This document shows, in pieces, positions 1 through 10,131 of a stretch of DNA of 64,000 nucleotides. The notes under the pieces were generated by a model. It was not told the origin of the DNA and ran no database searches. It saw only the letters and a program-made list of their open reading frames with translations. A program made the translations under genes and the position numbers. The stretch lies in contig CAVSGI010000006.1 of NCBI GenBank assembly GCA_963727445.1, forward strand, positions 1 through 64,000, written 5' to 3'. The first letter of the stretch is position 1. The number at the start of each line of letters is the position of its first letter. The DNA comes from an uncultured delta proteobacterium. GTDB taxonomy: Bacteria > Myxococcota_A > Polyangia > Polyangiales > B10-G4.

Positions 1-1102
1 AATCCTCGGCAACACGCGGCTCACCGTCGGTGGGGCCGGGGAGGGGCACGCCTACGGCATGTGCGGGCTCTGGACCGCGTCGCGATGCAAGGAGGGGACG
101 CTCTTCGACGGTGGCAACGAGCACATGACGGGCTGGGGCAGCGGCACGTCGATCGACCAGACCATCTCGCGCGCCTACGGGCCCGGCAAGCCCTACATGC
201 AGGCGCCGGACTCGCCCACGCAGGAGACGCCCTACCGCACCCTCGAGCTCGGCGTGCAAACCGGCTCCGAGCACGTCGTCCGCCGGATGATCTACGCGGG
301 CGAAGACGCGCCCATCGCCGCCGACGACGATCCGTATTCGGTCTTCGATCGCCTCTTCGGAGGGATGGGCGTCGACACCGGCGCCGCGCAGCGCCGCCTG
401 ATGGCGCGGCGCAGCGTGCTGGATCTCGTGCGCGGCGAGCTCACTCAAATCCAGAGTCACGGCGCAGCCGCCGCCGAGCGGCCCAAGATCGAGGCGCACC
501 TCGAGGGGATCCGCGCCATCGAGCAGCGGCTCTCAGTCGCGGAGTCGACCTGCGTCGCCCCGACCCTCGACGGCCGCATGGACCTCAACGCCAACGACAA
601 CTTTCCCGCGCTCCTTCGCCTTCAGACGGATCTCGCGGTGCGCGCGCTGAGCTGCGACCTCACCCGCGTCATCAGCCTTCAGTTCTCGCGCGGGTTCAGC
701 GGTATCCGTCACAACTGGATCGGCGCGACGGACGCCCATCACTCCCTCTCCCACGTACCCGCGCCCGACTGGAACGACCGCATCGACACTTGGTACGCCG
801 AGCAGTTCGCCTATCTCCTCGAGCAGCTCAAGTCGGTGCCCGAAGGCGACGGAACGCTCCTCGACAACACCCTGGTGCTGTGGGGACGCGAGCTGGGCAT
901 CGCCAGCGGTCACGCCCGCCAGCCCGCGCCCCTGGTCATCGCTGGCCGCGCCGGCGGCGCCGTCCGCACCGGCTACTACGACGACAACGGCGGCGCCGGC
1001 CATCACCGCATGCTCGTCGCTGCCTGCAACGCCATGGGCCTCGACGAGATCACCAGCTACGGCAACCTCGACACCGAAGAAGCGGCCTTCGACTGGGGCT
1101 GA
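1..1102 (+). CDS. DUF1552-family protein (myxobacterial), 5'-partial
   Basis: Frame is open from the window edge. SIDQ..., RRSVLDLV, LSCDLTRV, HHSLSH and EGDGTLLDNT motifs are typical of DUF1552. Confidence 0.85.
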   Translation, partial: ILGNTRLTVGGAGEGHAYGMCGLWTASRCKEGTLFDGGNEHMTGWGSGTSIDQTISRAYGPGKPYMQAPDSPTQETPYRTLELGVQTGSEHVVRRMIYAGEDAPIAADDDPYSVFDRLFGGMGVDTGAAQRRLMARRSVLDLVRGELTQIQSHGAAAAERPKIEAHLEGIRAIEQRLSVAESTCVAPTLDGRMDLNANDNFPALLRLQTDLAVRALSCDLTRVISLQFSRGFSGIRHNWIGATDAHHSLSHVPAPDWNDRIDTWYAEQFAYLLEQLKSVPEGDGTLLDNTLVLWGRELGIASGHARQPAPLVIAGRAGGAVRTGYYDDNGGAGHHRMLVAACNAMGLDEITSYGNLDTEEAAFDWG

Positions 1103-1201
1103 GCCTGCCCGCGGCGCGAGCGCCCCCGAAGGCATCGAGGCCCACCTTTCGTGTCGGTGACGTCCAGCTCCCGCCACGCTGGGACGTCGAGGCGCCGCGC
1201 C

Positions 1202-1974
1202 TCATCCGTCCTCGGGCTCGCGGCTGTCCTCGTAGGGTACGGCCTCCTCGCCAGCCATCCACAGCGCGTGCATGGCGGGATCGCTCTGCTCTTCGTGGAT
1301 GTGGCCCACGAGCCCGGCGGCGCGGCTCACGAGCGCGAAGCCGCGCATGATCTCGGCGGGGACCCCCGCGTCGAGGAGCACGGCGGCGACCGCGCCGGTC
1401 GCGTTGACCGTGATGTGGCGACCGAGCGCCTCGTCGACGGCGCGCGACAGAGCGGTGAGCGCCGTCCACGTGATCGCCTGCGACTCCCTCCTGCTCCGCC
1501 ACGGCGACGAGGCGCGGCGTACGCGGGTCATCGGGCACGTGAAGCGGGTGCCCGAATCCCGGGATCCTCGACCTTGCGCTCGCGGTGCTCGCGCACGACG
1601 GCGCGGGCCTCGGCCCGAACGTCGTCGCTCCGAGCGAGTCGGCTCAACAGCTGGGCGGCGCCCTCCATGGTCCCCACGAAGAGGCTCCCGACGCTGGCGA
1701 GACCCGCGGCCACCGCGCCCTGGATCGACTCCGGCGCGCTGGTGTATGTCATGCGCGCCGTGATCGCGGTCGGCGTGAGCCCATGCTCCATCAGCGTCAC
1801 GAGGCATGCGTCGAGCACGGCGCGCTGCGCGCTCGTCGGCATCTTCCCGAGGACCTGGAAGTACATCATCTCGGTGAAGGTGACCCGGCCGATCAGCTCC
1901 TTCGTCAGGCTCCGGCCGCGCACGAAGACGTCGTCGGGCGTGCTTCGGCAGATGTGCGTCTTCACTTCGCTCAT
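1202..1974 (-). CDS. Citryl-CoA lyase / citrate synthase-like protein (two apparent frameshifts near 1560 and 1465)
   Basis: MSEVKTHICRSTPDDVFVRGRSL...LMEHGLTPT..., then PDDPRTPRL, then NATGAVAAVLLDAG...SRAAGLVGHIHEE across three frames. The ATG overlaps the upstream stop (ATGA). Confidence 0.8.
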
Positions 1975-3503
1975 GTTGCATTCTCCAAGGCGAGTCGCTG
2001 CTCGAGCTCGGCGCGGACGATCTTTCCCGAGGCGCTCCGCGGGAACTCGTCGAAATCGATGAAGCGGATCTCCTTCGGCTGCTTGTACGCGGCCAGCTGC
2101 GCCCTGCACGCTTCGTGGAGCTCCGACTCTTCGAGGGCCGAGTCGCGCCGGGCGACGAAGGCGATCGGCACCTCGCCCCATCGCGCGTCGGGGCGGCGGA
2201 CGACCGCCGCCTCTGCGACCCGCGGATCGGCGAGCATCACCCGCTCGATCTCGGCCGGGTAGATGTTCTCCCCGCCGGACTTGATCAGATATTTCACGCG
2301 ATCGACGAAGTCGAGGGTGCCGTCTTCGCGGCGGACGAAGACGTCGCCCATGTGGAACCAGCCGCCCTCGAAGCTCTCGGCGTCGGCCTCCGGCGCGTTC
2401 CAGTACCCGCTGAAGAGCGTCGGCCCGCGCATCCACAGCTCGCCGGGAGCTCCATCCGCGACGTCCTTTCCCTCCGGATCGACGAGCCGGATCTCGCAGA
2501 AGATGCTCGGCGTCTTCGACATCGACGCCGGGGGAAAGCCGACCGGAAGAAGGCCGGCCGACGCCGGAGGGTTCCCCGTCTCGGTCGCGCCGAAAGTGTT
2601 GGCGTAGGGCGCGTCCAACAGACGCGTGATCCGCGCGATGTCCGCTGCGGGTACGAGGTCCGGCATCACGCCGCAGAGGTGCACGCCCGCCGGGCGGACG
2701 TTTCTCTCTTCGAGGAGATCGGCGAGACGTCCGACCATCCCCGGCATCAGCATCAGCCAGCCGATCGCGCGTTCGCTGATCAGGTCGGCGATCGCCGCCG
2801 GGTCGAATCCGTCGACGACGATGACCTCGCCGCCGCTCATCAGCGTGCCGATGGAGTACTCGGCGCCGCCGAGGTGATACATCGGCGCCCAGGCGACGAA
2901 CGCGTGCTCCGGCCGGAGCCCGTATTCGGCGCGGACGACCAGGTTGCGGTGGATCTCGGCGCGGTGACTGATGACCGCGCCCTTCGGCAGCCCGGTCGTC
3001 CCGCTGGTGTAGAGGATCAACAGGGGCGTCTCGGGGTCGATGCGCGCGGCGGGGCCGTCGGGTGGGGCCGAGGCGAGGCGCGCCTCGTGCGCCTCTCCGA
3101 AGACCCATCGCACCGCGGCGCGCGCCGCTGCGATCGGCTCGAGCCTCTCGGCGTGACGCGCCGAAGCGAGCACCAGCTTGGGCTCGACGAGTGACACACA
3201 GTGGGCGAGCTCGGCGTCCGAGAGGCGCCAGCTCTGACAGGCCACGGCGGCACCGACGTGGGCCGCGGCGAGGAAGGTCTCGAGGAACTCGATCCGGTTC
3301 TCCGAGAGCACGGCGAGTCGATCGCCTGCTTCGATACCCGCCGCCCGGAGCGCCGAAGAGAGACGCCGCACCCGGTCATGGAGTGCCGCGTAGGTGAGCG
3401 CCCTTGGCCCTTCGCGCACCGCGACGCGCGTCGGATGGGCCCGCACCCGGTCTTCGAAGAGCGTCGCCACGGTGCTCGACGCGGCGAGACGCGGGGCGTT
3501 CAC
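1971..3503 (-). CDS. Acyl-CoA synthetase (AMP-binding family)
   Basis: YTSGTTGLPKG, FGATE, GWFHMGD, IKSGGENIYPAEIE and PRSASGK adenylation motifs. Confidence 0.93.
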   Translation of the reverse strand: MNAPRLAASSTVATLFEDRVRAHPTRVAVREGPRALTYAALHDRVRRLSSALRAAGIEAGDRLAVLSENRIEFLETFLAAAHVGAAVACQSWRLSDAELAHCVSLVEPKLVLASARHAERLEPIAAARAAVRWVFGEAHEARLASAPPDGPAARIDPETPLLILYTSGTTGLPKGAVISHRAEIHRNLVVRAEYGLRPEHAFVAWAPMYHLGGAEYSIGTLMSGGEVIVVDGFDPAAIADLISERAIGWLMLMPGMVGRLADLLEERNVRPAGVHLCGVMPDLVPAADIARITRLLDAPYANTFGATETGNPPASAGLLPVGFPPASMSKTPSIFCEIRLVDPEGKDVADGAPGELWMRGPTLFSGYWNAPEADAESFEGGWFHMGDVFVRREDGTLDFVDRVKYLIKSGGENIYPAEIERVMLADPRVAEAAVVRRPDARWGEVPIAFVARRDSALEESELHEACRAQLAAYKQPKEIRFIDFDEFPRSASGKIVRAELEQRLALENAT

Positions 3504-3704
3504 GCACCGAGCTCCCGCCGAAGAGGGTGGCGCCGGCCATCGTGGCGCGAAGCCGGATCATTGCGAGGAGCTGGACCATCGTCGGCAGCAACGGATGTAT
3601 ACCCTCCCGAGGTCCCCATCAAATGAGGCAAAGCCGCGCGGGGGACCATGAGAAGCTTCGCCCCCCTCCCTTGCGGAGGAAGCGCAGGCGCCTATCCGCC
3701 TGGG

Positions 3705-4337
3705 GTGAATCCATCTTCAAAATCTGAGGCGCCCCTCAAAACGCGCCTCAGGGAGGCCTCTCGGGCGGCCATCCTCGAGGCCACGGAGGCGCTCCTGGCC
3801 GACAAGGGCCTGGCGGGGGTGCGGATGGAGGACGTCGCCGCCCGGGCCCGGGTGAGCGTCGGGACCATCTACAACCACGTCGGTGACCGGCGGGCGCTGA
3901 TCGACGCCCTGCTCGTGGCGCAGCGCGAAGAGCTGCTCGTGCGCATCGACGCCGTGCTCGCGCGTCCGGGCAAGGCGCCCTTCGCGGAGGTGCTCGAGGC
4001 GTTCATCCGCGCCGTGCTCTGTCACTTCGACGCGCACCTGTCGCTCTTTCGACTTCTCGTCGAGGACGAGCTCGCCCACGGGCGTGGGGAGGGCAAGCGG
4101 TCGGCGATGCGCCTGCTCGGCGAGCGCGCGACGCGGCTCATGGACGCCGGCGCCGCAGAGGGCGTCCTCGACGCGCGCCTTGCCGCGTTCCACGCGGCGC
4201 TGCTCATGGGGATGATGCGCGGGCTGCTCTGGCAGGCGCTCTTCGAAGGGCCGAGAGAGCCCGGCGCGCCCCTCGCCGAGCTGGCGCCCCGAACCGCGCG
4301 CTTCTTCCTTCACGGCGCGGAGGGCGACCGCCGATGA
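3705..4337 (+). CDS. TetR/AcrR family transcriptional regulator
   Basis: HTH RMEDVAARARVSVGTIYNH. GTG at 3705 chosen as start; stop overlaps the MFS start. Confidence 0.9.
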   Translation: MNPSSKSEAPLKTRLREASRAAILEATEALLADKGLAGVRMEDVAARARVSVGTIYNHVGDRRALIDALLVAQREELLVRIDAVLARPGKAPFAEVLEAFIRAVLCHFDAHLSLFRLLVEDELAHGRGEGKRSAMRLLGERATRLMDAGAAEGVLDARLAAFHAALLMGMMRGLLWQALFEGPREPGAPLAELAPRTARFFLHGAEGDRR

Positions 4338-5944
4338 CACGGGCCGCCGTCATCGCGGCGCCGCGCCCACGGCCCCGCACCAACAAGTGGGTGGTCACCA
4401 TCTCCATCACCTTCGGCACGTTGATGGGCGCCATCGACGCGTCCATCGTCAACGTCGCGCTCCCCCACATCCGCGGCGCGGTGGGTGCGACGGTTCAGGA
4501 GATCACCTGGATCACGACGGGCTACGCCATCGCGCTCGTCCTGGTGATGCCGTTCACCGCCTTTCTCGGCCGCCTCTTCGGTCAGAAGCGGGTCTACGTC
4601 GCGTCCCTGGTTCTCTTTCTGATCGGCTCCGCGCTCTGCGGCCTCGCCGACTCGCTGGTGACGCTGGTGCTCTTCCGACTGCTCCAGGGCTTCGGCGCCG
4701 GCGCCCTTCAGCCGACCGAGCAGGCGATCCTGCGGCAGACCTTCCCGCCGAAGGAGCAGGGGATGGCGATGGCCGTCTTCGGCATGGCCGTCATGCTCGG
4801 CCCCGCGATCGGCCCGACGCTCGGCGGCTACATCGTCGACCACTGGCACTGGTCGTGGATCTTCTTCATCAACCTGCCGGTCGGCGCCGTCGGCCTCTTC
4901 ATGGTCATGAGCTTCGTCCACGAGGACGAGGAGATCCGCCAGAAGAACCAGGCGCTCGCCGAAGCGCAGCGCAAGAACGTCGACTGGATGGGGATCGGGC
5001 TGCTCGCTGTCGCGTTGATCACGCTTCAGTACTTCCTCGAGGAGGGGCAACGCGACGACTGGTTCGACTCGTGGCTCATGGTCGGCTGCTTCTTCGTCGC
5101 GCTGGTGACCCTGGTGGCGTTCGTGATCCGCGAGCTGACGACGCCCGTGCCCGCCGTGAACCTCCGTCTCTTTCGCGATCCGGTCTTCGCGTCGGGGACG
5201 ATCATCGGCGGGCTGATGTTCTCGATGCTCATGGCGAGCATGTTCCTTCTGCCGCTGTTCATGCAGGAGGTGCTCGGCTTCACCGCGACCCAATCCGGGT
5301 TGGCGCTCATGCCGCGGGTCCTGGTGATGATGGTCGCCACCCCCTTCGTCGGCCGCGTCTACAACCGCGTCTCGCCGCGCGTCTTCATCGCGCTCGGCGT
5401 CGCCCTCGTCTCCCTCGGCTCCTTCGATCTGAGCGCGCTCACCATCGACTCCGGACAGCACGACGTGATCGCGGCGATCGTCGTGCAGGGGGTCGGCTTC
5501 TCCTGCCTCTTCGTCCCCCTCACCACGCTCGCCCTGTCGCGGATCCCCCGCCATCTGCTGGCGGACGCGACGGGGCTCAATTCCCTCGTGCGCCAGATCG
5601 GCGGTGCGATCGGGCTCGCCGTCATCGCGACGTTCCTGACCAATCACCAGGTCGTCGCGCACACCGCGCTCGCCTCGGAGCTCAGCGCCACCGACCCCGA
5701 CGTGTATCGCCGGCTGGCCCAGACGTCGGCGGCGCTCGCGGCCGGCGGCGCGGATCAGGCGACCGCGGCGGCCTCGTCCCTGGCCGTCCTCGAAGGCACG
5801 GTGCGAGAGCAGGCGTCGGTGCTCGCCTTCGAGTGGGTCTTCGTGCTCGCCGCCATCCTCTTCATCACGATCATTCCGCTCGTCTTCTTCCTCCGGGAGC
5901 CAGCTCCCGGCGGCGCCGCCGAAGACGTGCATCTCGAGGTCTGA
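4334..5944 (+). CDS. DHA2 (EmrB/QacA-type) MFS efflux permease
   Basis: IDASIVNVALP, RLLQGFGAG, GPAIGPTLGG and WIFFINLPVG motifs; many TM segments. Confidence 0.95.
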   Translation: MTRAAVIAAPRPRPRTNKWVVTISITFGTLMGAIDASIVNVALPHIRGAVGATVQEITWITTGYAIALVLVMPFTAFLGRLFGQKRVYVASLVLFLIGSALCGLADSLVTLVLFRLLQGFGAGALQPTEQAILRQTFPPKEQGMAMAVFGMAVMLGPAIGPTLGGYIVDHWHWSWIFFINLPVGAVGLFMVMSFVHEDEEIRQKNQALAEAQRKNVDWMGIGLLAVALITLQYFLEEGQRDDWFDSWLMVGCFFVALVTLVAFVIRELTTPVPAVNLRLFRDPVFASGTIIGGLMFSMLMASMFLLPLFMQEVLGFTATQSGLALMPRVLVMMVATPFVGRVYNRVSPRVFIALGVALVSLGSFDLSALTIDSGQHDVIAAIVVQGVGFSCLFVPLTTLALSRIPRHLLADATGLNSLVRQIGGAIGLAVIATFLTNHQVVAHTALASELSATDPDVYRRLAQTSAALAAGGADQATAAASSLAVLEGTVREQASVLAFEWVFVLAAILFITIIPLVFFLREPAPGGAAEDVHLEV

Positions 5945-5947
5945 GAC

Positions 5948-7282
5948 ATGTCATCACAGCCCGCACGAACGAGCCCGCCTTCGCCCGCCCTGGAAGAGCA
6001 AGCGGCGGTGAGCGGTGATCGCAGCCCCGACGTCCGGGCGCTCTCGCCCGTCGACAGTGGTGATGGCGCGGACGCGACGTCGCCGCCGAAAGAGCGAAAG
6101 AAGGGCCGCCGCGCTTACCTCATCCTGGGCGGTCTCGCCCTCGTCGCCCTCCTCGTGGTCGGGGGTCATGCGTGGCTCACGCGCAACGAGGAGAGCACGG
6201 ACGACGCTCAGGTGGACGGGGGCGTTGTATCCGTCGCTCCGCGCATCGCGGGGACCATCTCCGAGGTGCGGGTCTCCGACAACACGCACGTCCACGCCGG
6301 TGACGTCATCGCCCTCCTCGACACGGCGGACCTCGAGGCGCGCCTCGCCCAGGCCCGCGCCGAGCTCGCGAGCCGTGAGGCGCAGCTCCACTCCGCCCGG
6401 GCGAGCGAGCAGGTCACGGCGGCGACGGCGACCGGCGGGCTCACCAGCGCGCGCGCTTCCGTGAGCGGGGCGCGCGATGCGGTGAACAGCGCCAACGGCC
6501 GCGTCGACCAAGCGCGTGCGGAGCTCGTCCGCGCCGAAGCCGACGCCGAGCGAGCGGCGCTCGATTTCGACCGGATGGCGCGCCTCGCCGAGTCCGGGGC
6601 GGTCTCTCGCGCCGAGGTCGACGACGCGCGCCTGGCCAACCAGGCCGCCCAGGCTGCGCTCGCGCGTGCGCGCAGCAATCTCTCCACGGCCGAAGCCGAT
6701 CGGCGTTCCGTCGCCACGCAGGTCGCGGCGGCCCAGGGGCGACTCGCACAGAGCGAGCCCGTCGACGCGCAGGTCGCAGCGGCGGCCGCGGCGACCGAGC
6801 TCGCCGAGGCGGGGGTCCATCAGGCCGAGGCGGCCGTGCGCCTGGCCGAGCTCGCCGTCTCCTACGCGCGCGTCGTCGCGCCCATCGATGGAACCGTGTC
6901 GAACCTCGACGCCGAGCCGGGCCGGATCGTCGCTTCGGGCCAGCCGCTCGCGACGCTCGTCCCGGACGCGACCTACGTGGTGGCGAACTTCAAGGAAACG
7001 CAGATCGGGGACATGGAGCCAGGAGACCGGGTCGATGTCGAGATCGACGCCTATCCGGGCCAGCACTTCGACGCCGTGGTGGACAGCATCGCCGCAGGGA
7101 CGGGCGCGAGCTTCTCCGTCCTGCCGTCGAACAACGCCACGGGTAACTTCGTGAAGGTCGTTCAACGTGTCCCGGTGCGCGTCGCCTGGACCCATCCACC
7201 CGACGTCCCGCTCCGGGTCGGTCTCTCGGCGACTGTCACCGTGCACACCGACGAAGAGGTCGCGAGGCGGGATCCCGGCTGA
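5948..7282 (+). CDS. HlyD/EmrA-family membrane fusion protein
   Basis: N-terminal TM, ESTDDAQV, coiled coil, ANFKETQ, NATGNFVKVVQRVPV. Confidence 0.95.
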   Translation: MSSQPARTSPPSPALEEQAAVSGDRSPDVRALSPVDSGDGADATSPPKERKKGRRAYLILGGLALVALLVVGGHAWLTRNEESTDDAQVDGGVVSVAPRIAGTISEVRVSDNTHVHAGDVIALLDTADLEARLAQARAELASREAQLHSARASEQVTAATATGGLTSARASVSGARDAVNSANGRVDQARAELVRAEADAERAALDFDRMARLAESGAVSRAEVDDARLANQAAQAALARARSNLSTAEADRRSVATQVAAAQGRLAQSEPVDAQVAAAAAATELAEAGVHQAEAAVRLAELAVSYARVVAPIDGTVSNLDAEPGRIVASGQPLATLVPDATYVVANFKETQIGDMEPGDRVDVEIDAYPGQHFDAVVDSIAAGTGASFSVLPSNNATGNFVKVVQRVPVRVAWTHPPDVPLRVGLSATVTVHTDEEVARRDPG

Positions 7283-7303
7283 CGACGACCGCCGGGTCGG
7301 TCC

Positions 7304-8957
7304 TCACTCTTCGATGAACACGAAGGTCCCGTCGCGCGGGCCGGCGAACATGCCGTGCCATGCGGCGGGGAGCGTCGGCGTGCTCCAGGAGAACACCCAG
7401 CGCGCGTCGGCGGGGGCGAGGTTCACGCAGCCGTGGCTGCGCACGCGCCCGAAGGTGTAGTGCCAGAAGGCACCGTGGATGGCGAAGTTGCCGTGGAAGT
7501 ACATGGTCCACGGCACGTCCTCGATGCTGTAGGCGCCCTCGGGGTTCTCGGTGTCGTCCATCGTGGTCGAGACGTGCTTCGACTGGATGCGGAAGAGGCC
7601 GGTGGGCGTCTCGAAGCCTTCCTTGCCGGTGGAGACCAGGGTGGCGAAGACCGGCGTCTCGCCCTCGTAGGCGACGAGGAACTGCTCCGAGAGGTCGACG
7701 TGGATCCACTTCGCGTCGTGGGGGACGCCCGGCGGGACGTCACGCTGGCGGATGATGCGCACCGAAGGCTCGCGGACGATCTGCCCGTTCCGCGCGACCA
7801 CGTAGACCTTGTCGTCGTCGACCAGGCGGTCGTCCGCGATCGCGAGCGCGGTGTGCCGGTCGACGGTGCCGCGATCCACGACGCGGCCGGTGGCGGGGAT
7901 GCGCCGGTACTGATGCGCGCCGCTGCGAAAGACGATGCCCACCGGGAGCTGCCACTCACCGCCCAGCACGACGCCGCGGCTCTCGGGCGGCTCGTTCGGA
8001 CGGAGCTCGGTGGTGCGCACGTAGCCGCCGCGGATCGTGCGGTAGAAGTTGCGTCCGGCCTCGGTCGTCTCCTCGCGATCGAGGCTCACGTAGAAGCCGC
8101 GGAGCATGCCCAGTCGCAGGTAATCGGGCAGCGCCTCGTCTTCGGCGCTCTGCGGCTCCGACTCGGCGGTGCCCTCCTCGCCTTCGGAGCCTGGGGGCGG
8201 CGGCGCCTCCACGGCGTCGGCGCGCGCTTCCCCTTCCTCCCCCGTCGCGTCGCCGTCCGCGGCCACGCCGGCGTCGGGGACCGGCGGCGGCACGACCGCG
8301 GCTGCGGCTGCCGCGCGCTCTCTCGCCCGCCGCTCGCGCGCGATCCTGTCGCGGAGGGTGCTCTCGCTGAAGAGCTCCTCCTCCATGGTGGGCAGGCGCC
8401 AGTACTGTGGCACCACGTCCCGCATGGTGTACGCGTAGTTGTAGGGCAGGGCGTCGTCGAGGGCGGGGGGCCGGGGGAGGGCTCGAAGGTCTGGGTGTCT
8501 CGCCGATCAAGAAGCCCTTGCCCTCGCAGACGAAGCCGCCGCCCGGAACCTCGTGCCAGTTTCGGCAGCCGGGCCCGGACACAGCGCGCTTCGCCCGGAA
8601 CTGCGAGCCGCGGCGCATGTAGCCGATGGGGTGCTCGCCGTCGGGGCGCTCGAAGACCTGCGCGATGAAGTGGTAGACGACGCCGTGGAGCGGATAGGCC
8701 GCCTCGAACGCGGCCTGCTCGGCCGCGATCCGCGCTTCCTCCGCCGCCCGGATCCGCGCGGCCTCCTCCAAGCGTTGCGCTTCCTCGGCCTCGCGCGCCA
8801 AACGCTCGGCCTCGGCGCGCCGCGCCGCGAGCTCCTCCTCGGTGGGCAGCTCGGGGACGATCTCGAAGCTGCTCTTGTGGGTGGGGGCGGGGCCCGAGGG
8901 GCTGCCGCAGGACGAGAGGGCGAGGCTCAAGAGGAGGACGGAAATGCGCCAGGGCAC
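7304..8957 (-). CDS. L,D-transpeptidase (YkuD) lipoprotein, frameshifted near 8430-8490
   Basis: Lipobox LSSC at the N-terminus (ORF 7956..8957). C-terminal HVDLSEQ...STG...HGAFWH...SHGCVNL catalytic motif (ORF 7304..8425). Confidence 0.85.
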
Positions 8958-9031
8958 CTCATGGCGTTGGCACGCCGAAGGCGCCGGTGTCCATTTTTCA
9001 GCAAGAGGAGCGGCTCCGAGGTCACAGCGAT

Positions 9032-9062
9032 CGCTTGATATCTATCATAAGCGGACTATGGT
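9032..9062 (+). promoter_or_regulatory. Putative sigma-70 promoter (TTGATA-16-TATGGT) overlapped by inverted repeat TGATA-TC-TATCA
   Basis: AT-rich patch at 9035-9062, palindrome at 9036-9047, ATG 7 nt after the -10 (leaderless-like). Confidence 0.5.
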
Positions 9063-9069
9063 AGGCCGC

Positions 9070-9336
9070 ATGGATCCGGAGGTTCGCGCTTACCTCTCAC
9101 GCATCGGCCGTCGCGGCGGACGCAAGAGTCGTCGCGTGCTCGAGCCGGCAAAGGCCCGGGACATGGTGCGCGTGCGGGAGGCGCGGCGGGCTTATCGCCG
9201 TTTCCACACGAGCTGCTTCTGGTCCTACGACCCGAGCTATCAGGTGACGCTGGCGGACATTCCATGGGTGGTGGAGCAACTGCGCAAGCACGGCGGCCGC
9301 GCGGCCTGGAAGAAGGCGGCCGAGCTGTGCCGCTGA
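9070..9336 (+). CDS. Small basic protein, putative antitoxin
   Basis: 88 aa, MDPEVRAYLSRIGRRGG...CFWSYD...; its end overlaps the start of the downstream nucleotidyltransferase. Confidence 0.7.
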   Translation: MDPEVRAYLSRIGRRGGRKSRRVLEPAKARDMVRVREARRAYRRFHTSCFWSYDPSYQVTLADIPWVVEQLRKHGGRAAWKKAAELCR

Positions 9337-10118
9337 CCAACTTCCAGGCAGAGGTCGCCCGCGTGATCGCCGCGAGTCGGGACGAGGAGAGCCACCTCGC
9401 CGGAGGCGCGGCGCTCAACCTCGAACCGAACACCAAGCGCTACAGCAACGACCTCGACTATTTCCACGATTCGGTGGAGCGCGTCGCCGAAGCCTTCGAA
9501 GCGGATCGCCATCTCCTCGACGCGGCCGGGTTCGACATCGAGGTCGAGATGCGCCAGCCCGGCTACGTGCGCGCCCTCGTCTCGCGAGGTGGGGAGTCGA
9601 CCAAGGTGGAGTGGGCGCACGACTCCGCGTGGCGCTTCATGCCAGTGGTGGCCGATCCGCGGGTCGGCTATCGCTTGCATCCCATCGACCTCGCCGTGAA
9701 CAAGGTGCTGACCCTGGCAGGGCGCGACGAGCCCCGCGACTTCCTGGACATCCTGGAGATCCACGACGCGATCCTGCCGCTCGGCGCGTTGTGCTGGGCG
9801 GCGGCGGGGAAGGACCCCGGCTTCACACCGAGCTCCCTCCTCGATCTGTTGCGGAGGCGAGGCAAGTATCGCGAGGAGGACTTCGCCCGACTCCACCTCG
9901 CGACGCCGGTCGACCTCCATGCGATGAAGAGGAAGTGGCTCGCCATGCTCGACGAGGCCGAGGCCTTCATCGCGAAACGGCCTCCCGACGAGCTGGGGTG
10001 CCTCTACTACTCGAGGTCGACGGATCGCTTCGTCGAGCCTCGGGGAGATTGGGCCGACGTGGTGCCGCACCACGGGCGACCCGGTGGGGTCCTGCCGCGT
10101 CCCCTCGCGCCCGCCTGA
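9327..10118 (+). CDS. AbiEii/AbiGii-family nucleotidyltransferase (type IV toxin-like)
   Basis: LAGGAAL...RYSNDLDYF and NKVLTLAGRDEPRDFLD motifs; GTG start at 9327. Confidence 0.85.
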   Translation: MPLTNFQAEVARVIAASRDEESHLAGGAALNLEPNTKRYSNDLDYFHDSVERVAEAFEADRHLLDAAGFDIEVEMRQPGYVRALVSRGGESTKVEWAHDSAWRFMPVVADPRVGYRLHPIDLAVNKVLTLAGRDEPRDFLDILEIHDAILPLGALCWAAAGKDPGFTPSSLLDLLRRRGKYREEDFARLHLATPVDLHAMKRKWLAMLDEAEAFIAKRPPDELGCLYYSRSTDRFVEPRGDWADVVPHHGRPGGVLPRPLAPA

Positions 10119-10131
10119 GCTTCACGCGCTG

